Below, one piece after another: positions 62,105 to 64,000 of a stretch of DNA of 64,000 nucleotides; positions within the stretch are counted from its first letter, which is position 1; every line of letters starts with the position of its first letter. The notes under the pieces were generated by a model. That model was not told the DNA's origin, did not search any database, and was given only the letters and a program-made list of their open reading frames with translations. Origin of the DNA: Eledone cirrhosa (taxonomy: Eukaryota); NCBI GenBank assembly GCA_964016885.1, contig OZ024742.1, positions 147,002,001-147,066,000 on the forward strand. The letters are read 5' to 3'. The position numbers and the translations under genes were made by a program.

Positions 62105-62420
62105 ACCTCTTAACCACTATCCTCCCTTCTCATTCCATACACTTCCCATGCCCTAACACCCCACCCACATCTGATTACATCACCCTTCTCCCATACCTTT
62201 ACACCCCTGCCCACACTAAAGTGATCATGTAGGTGTTGCGACAAAAAGCACCCAGTCCACACACTGTAAATGTGGTTGGTGTTAGGAAGAGCATCCAGCC
62301 GTAGAAATTTAGCCAGAACAGTTCTGTATGAGAAAGACATAGTCACCTAACCCGACTTGCCTCAAACGGGACAACCCATCATGCTAGCGTGGAAAATAGA
62401 CATTAAATGATGATGATGAT
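62105..62420 (+). mobile_element. Diverged RTE 3'-UTR copy
   Basis: C-rich tract, then ACACTGTAAATGTGGTTGGTGTTAGGAAG...CTTGCCTCAA..GGGAC...(ATG)n, colinear with the reverse complement of 2761-3110. Confidence 0.7.
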
Positions 62421-63002
62421 ATATATTACAAACAACAACTGGAGACCAATAACAACCACACAAATAACAAATACATGTAATTTAAATATATTTAATTATT
62501 TAATGGATCCACAGTTTTATTTCAATCTATGGCTGAATTAATTCTTTGTTGCTTCCACCACCACCACCACTATCTATAAATGTTTGATTTTTTACCTGTG
62601 TTTTCATATACCAAGAGAATCTGCAGCTATAAATCAAACCAATATTTGCTTCCATTTAATTATTCTGCCAACCAATCAATCAATGTGAACTAATTCCATA
62701 GCAATCTCATTTATTATATTGATTTTTAACAAAGGTACAAGCCCAGAACATTGAAAGGGGAGGGTGCAGTCAATTATACTGGCCGCTTAGAAGAATGGGA
62801 GGCATGGATGACTTCAACAGAATTTGGTGGGAGGAAACAGTGAATCATACTGACCCAACCCCTATCCTGAAGGATGAAAGACAAAGACGACCTCAACAGG
62901 ATTTTAAATTCATAACATAGGGAATGTCATTAAATTCATAACATAGAGAATGTCAGTAATAAATAAGAGTTATATTTCAACTGAAATACATTATATTTCA
63001 TA

Positions 63003-63224
63003 TAACTCTTGAACCAACACACCAAAAAGCACCTGGTTCTATGAAACAAAACTACCCATTATGAAGGGTTCCTATTTAAGTTAAAACCTTCCTTCATATA
63101 TTTCAAGCTTTTGTTGTTATAAATGCCATTTTAATGAAATAATTTAAGTAAAACCTTCCAAATTTTTCATTAACGTATTCAAATACTGTGTATTTTATTA
63201 AAAAAATGGTAATGAAAGGGTTAA
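63003..63224. mobile_element. TTAA-flanked MITE family (piggyBac-like ends)
   Basis: Right end GAAAGGGGTTAA. Related left ends (AACCCTTTTGATACTAAA...CTGG..CTA) occur at ~58159 and ~60932, and another right end GGTACCAAAGGGTTAA at ~49754. Confidence 0.5.
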
Positions 63225-63394
63225 TTAATGAAAAATTCCATGATTTACTAAAAATATTAATTATTTCATTATTATATTTGTAGCATATCTTTAAATGTTT
63301 ATTACACAATATTCAAGTGTCTGTTAAGAATAACACAAAAATGCAAACATATTTAATAAATTAAGAGAAAAAAAATGCCATTAAGAATAAGGTC

Positions 63395-63454
63395 GACTGA
63401 CACAGATGATGGAAGCTAGATGACTGACACAGATGATGGAAGCTAGATGACTGA
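63395..63454. repeat. Perfect 27-bp tandem duplication (2.2 copies)
   Basis: GACTGACACAGATGATGGAAGCTAGAT twice, followed by GACTGA. Confidence 0.95.
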
Positions 63455-64000
63455 ACTGATGATTTCTGTGTATCATTGATACTTATTTTATTGATTAAAA
63501 ATGGATGAAAAGCAATTATAGTAGGATCTTAACTCAAAACAGTGAGAGAAGTAAACACCACAAGGTATTATACTCTGGCATTAGACTATTTCTGTTAATT
63601 TGTTGTCAACAAAATATTGATTATAGTCGCAAATGTGGCTGTGTGGTTAAAGAGTCCTCTCCACAACGGCAGAGTGGTGTACCTTAAGTAAGTGTCTTTT
63701 ACTGCAGCCACAGATTGACCAGTGTGTGGTGAGTGAAATTTGGTAGTCGGAAACTGTGTGGAAGGCTGTCATGTGTGTGTGTGTGTGTGTGGGTGGGTGC
63801 TATACATGTTTGTGTCTACTGTTTATTCATATCTTGTAACTTAGCAGTTCAACAAAAAGATATTGATAAAATAAGTATCAGATGTTAAAAATATATAAGT
63901 ACTGGGTTCAGTATGATCAACTAAAACCCCTTCAAGAGAGTGCTCCAGCATAGCCGCAGTCTAATAGCTGAAACCAATAAAAGAATAACAATTTAAATGG

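Overview
AT-rich, repeat-dense eukaryotic DNA. The SINE, RTE-LINE and microsatellite content suggests a coleoid cephalopod, probably Octopus (inference). The only host gene I can support is a TSC22/bunched-family gene on the minus strand: two coding exons (57071-57116 and 46518-46712), a 10.4-kb intron and a probable long 3' UTR; its upstream exons were not found. The rest is mobile or repetitive DNA. It includes a ~14-kb array of 80-bp monomers built from AGC/AGT/AAC triplets, with a ~2.6-2.7-kb higher-order duplication, and an 11 x 80-bp minisatellite amplified from a dead CR1-type LINE. Three diverged Tx1/L1-clade LINE copies are stacked head-to-tail, each bounded by (GA)n(GATA)n microsatellite and sharing a covarying 3'-UTR hairpin structure. 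Also present: several RTE LINEs (one with an intact RT frame and an embedded PHD-type finger), Penelope-like remnants with a minimal hammerhead ribozyme, two Tc1/mariner relics, hAT and other MITEs, a Helitron end, a probable solo LTR and many SINEs. The strongest candidate for something undescribed is the apparently GATA/TC-microsatellite-targeted Tx1-like family. All alignments were made by eye; no database searches were run.
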